From the sequence record NZ_CP137337.1: a DNA stretch of 8,178 nucleotides; one strand, given 5' to 3'. The first letter of the stretch is position 1; the number at the start of each line of letters is the position of its first letter. The DNA is from a plasmid. Made by a program: the position numbers and the translations under genes. Below the pieces are notes generated by a model that was given only the letters and a program-made list of their open reading frames with translations, had not been told where the DNA came from and ran no database searches. Below are positions 6,914 through 8,178 of the stretch, in pieces.

Positions 6914-7226
6914 AACATTCCTCTGATTTGAAATAATCAATACCTTCATATATTGAGCTAATATATAGGTTGTATTTTCTTCTGGTTACTGTAATTAGCC
7001 ATAAATATTTTTTTATAAGTAACTCATTTTTTATTCTAAGTAAATTCGCAGTATGTAAAATATCGTTATTTACAGCATAATCACGCAGTTTTAGAATTTT
7101 TTCCCACAAATGATTCCAACCTCTAGCTTTAATAGGGATAATCTCGTTTATACTTGTTTTTACTTCATTAAAAGTCCCTTTTTTTTTCAATTGCTCTAAC
7201 GTTTCAATTTCGCTTAGTATAATCAT
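6903..7226 (-). CDS. ficA: FicA/VbhA-like Fic antitoxin with an N-terminal extension (107 aa). It carries the inhibitory motif S-x-x-x-E-G near the C-terminus.
   Basis: There is a strong RBS, GGGAGGAG, 2 nt before the ATG at 7226. The motif SSIYEG (residues 90-95, nt ~6942-6959) fits the class I Fic inhibitory helix consensus (S/T)xxxE(G/N), as does E. coli FicA SRRLEG. The gene lies immediately upstream of and coupled to the Fic gene. Confidence 0.6.
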   Translation of the reverse strand: MIILSEIETLEQLKKKGTFNEVKTSINEIIPIKARGWNHLWEKILKLRDYAVNNDILHTANLLRIKNELLIKKYLWLITVTRRKYNLYISSIYEGIDYFKSEECYEI

Positions 7227-7257
7227 TTCTCCTCCCTCGGGTCAGAACGTGTACTAT

Positions 7258-7292
7258 TGATAATATACCATCTTTCCTTTTATTATGTTTAA
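7258..7292 (-). promoter_or_regulatory. Candidate promoter of the ficA-ficT operon, with an extended -10 (TGgTATATT on the minus strand, plus coordinates ~7262-7270).
   Basis: The minus strand reads ...aggaaagaTGgTATATTatcaatagtacacgttctgacccgaGGGAGGAGaaATG. A TGnTATATT extended -10 lies ~40 nt upstream of the start codon. Confidence 0.3.
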
Positions 7293-7431
7293 TATTTTTT
7301 ATATTGAATTCAATTAGTTGCATGAAGGGTGTGAGATTTATTTTTATAAATAAAATGACAGTTATCATTAATGCAGATTTATATATCAGCCAAATTATGA
7401 TGAATAGCAAAAAATAATGAAAAATAGCCAC

Positions 7432-7459
7432 ATTTAACATAATGATGCTTAAGCGCACA
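7432..7459 (-). other. XerC/XerD site-specific recombination site (dif/psi/cer-like plasmid multimer-resolution site). The minus strand reads TGTGCGCTTAA-GCATCA-TTATGTTAAAT.
   Basis: The XerD arm TTATGTTAAAT is identical to the E. coli dif and psi XerD arm. The central region is 6 bp. The XerC arm TGTGCGCTTAA matches dif GGTGCGCATAA at 9 of 11 positions. The 140 bp on the XerC-arm side (7460-7600) could supply accessory sequences. Confidence 0.55.
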
Positions 7460-7600
7460 CCCGCTTAGGCACTCAACCTAAAATTCCTCTCAACCGCTCA
7501 AAACTCCCTATCTTCTCCCCGTAAAAAGCCCCATTTTTGTGTTAGTTATTTGTTATCAAAACGGCGGTTTGGGTTTCAGGGTGAAAATGACGCCAACCGG

Positions 7601-8014
7601 CTATTTTTTCCAGAATTGCCACGATTTTTTAGCTGGTACTGGTGTAACGGGTTCAGGTGTTGTCGGCAGCTTGGATTCGATTAACAACATGGCTTGTTTT
7701 AAGCTATCTATGTGTGATTGCTGCGCAGTAACTAGTTGCCTTAAGTGTTCAATCTCTTGTTCCAATTGAGATGTTTTATCTGTGTCAGTTGTTCTTTGGG
7801 TTGTTACATGCTGTTCAGTTGTTACATTGTCACTGTGTGATTGGTGAACATGTTTGAATGCACCAAATACGCGCAATAACTCTGATGTATCTAGTTTTTT
7901 TGCCCCGTGTTCATCTGTACATGTGGACAATTTTCCTGTTGATATATAACGGTGTAGTGTTGTTCTACTTTTACCTATAAGCCTAGCAGCTTCACTGATT
8001 GATACCTGTGCCAT
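7601..8014 (-). CDS. HTH DNA-binding protein (MerR/excisionase-like HTH_17 at the N-terminus, coiled coil at the C-terminus), 137 aa. It starts 8 nt after the repA stop and is probably co-transcribed with repA.
   Basis: The N-terminus MAQVSISEAARLIGKSRTTLHRYISTGKL fits the excisionase-family HTH pattern (EaAxxLgvSrxTlxRxxxxGxl). GAGG lies 6 nt upstream of the ATG at 8014. The C-terminus contains the heptad-like segment LEQEIEHLRQLVTAQQSHIDSLKQAMLLIESKL. Confidence 0.65.
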   Translation of the reverse strand: MAQVSISEAARLIGKSRTTLHRYISTGKLSTCTDEHGAKKLDTSELLRVFGAFKHVHQSHSDNVTTEQHVTTQRTTDTDKTSQLEQEIEHLRQLVTAQQSHIDSLKQAMLLIESKLPTTPEPVTPVPAKKSWQFWKK

Positions 8015-8021
8015 GAATACC

Positions 8022-8178
8022 TCAGAGCCGTCCGTATTTTGCCAATATTTTCTCTAGCGTGGCTCGTTGTTTTTGAGTCAGCCATGTAAATGAGCCGTTA
8101 AGATCGTACTTGCTTTGCATATCGCTCAGGAATTTAGCTTCAAAACTAGTCAGCTGAATTTTTGCAGTTAAAGCATCA
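8022..8178 (-). CDS. repA: C-terminal part of the same repA, continuing in phase across the 8178/1 junction, with its stop codon at 8022-8024.
   Basis: The 2 leftover nt 'ca' at coordinates 2-1 plus the complement of 8178 give CAT (His). Translation then runs DALTAKIQLTSFEAKFLSDMQSKYDLNGSFTWLTQKQRATLENILAKYGRL*. This matches the remembered pSC101 RepA C-terminus (...GLRKTLHDALTAKIQLTSF...ILAKYGRI). Total length is ~316 aa, the same size as pSC101 RepA. Confidence 0.85.
   Translation of the reverse strand, partial: DALTAKIQLTSFEAKFLSDMQSKYDLNGSFTWLTQKQRATLEKILAKYGRL

Noticed and set aside
7204-7458. 84-aa hydrophobic minus-strand ORF (MRLSIIMLNVAIFHYFLLFIIIWLIYK...).
   Set aside because: It starts inside the Xer site and overlaps the ficA promoter and the first 23 nt of ficA. 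Its hydrophobic, Ile/Leu/Phe-rich composition is the expected artefact of translating ~20% GC DNA. No RBS is present.
7539-7769. 76-aa plus-strand ORF.
   Set aside because: It is fully antisense to the better-supported HTH gene, which has an RBS, an operon position behind repA, and a recognisable HTH.

Overview
The window reads as a complete ~8.2-kb circular mobilizable plasmid, linearised inside its own repA gene. The minus-strand repA reading frame runs off coordinate 1 and continues in phase from coordinate 8178 down to a stop at 8022-8024. Three blocks with different base composition are visible. (1) A pSC101-like replicon: a Rep_3-family RepA, 17-bp iterons, an AT-rich region and a perfect DnaA box. 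An HTH protein gene is co-transcribed downstream of repA. (2) A GC-rich RSF1010-type MOBQ mobilisation module: mobC, then an oriT with IR plus TAAGTGCGCCCT nick core, then a 369-aa MobA relaxase and a membrane-anchored MobB-like protein. (3) A very AT-rich accessory region (~3.78-7.44 kb). It carries a retron-type reverse transcriptase fused to a C-terminal TOPRIM domain (581 aa, Ec67/Retron-Eco2-like architecture), with a candidate msr-msd ncRNA upstream framed by a 14-bp a1/a2 inverted repeat. Convergent to it lies a FicT/FicA-like Fic toxin-antitoxin pair, with HPFREGNGR in the toxin and SxxxEG in the antitoxin. A dif/psi/cer-like 28-bp Xer site lies at the far edge of the AT-rich block. 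No rRNA, tRNA or CRISPR was seen. All homology statements come from reading the translations against remembered family signatures. No database search was run.
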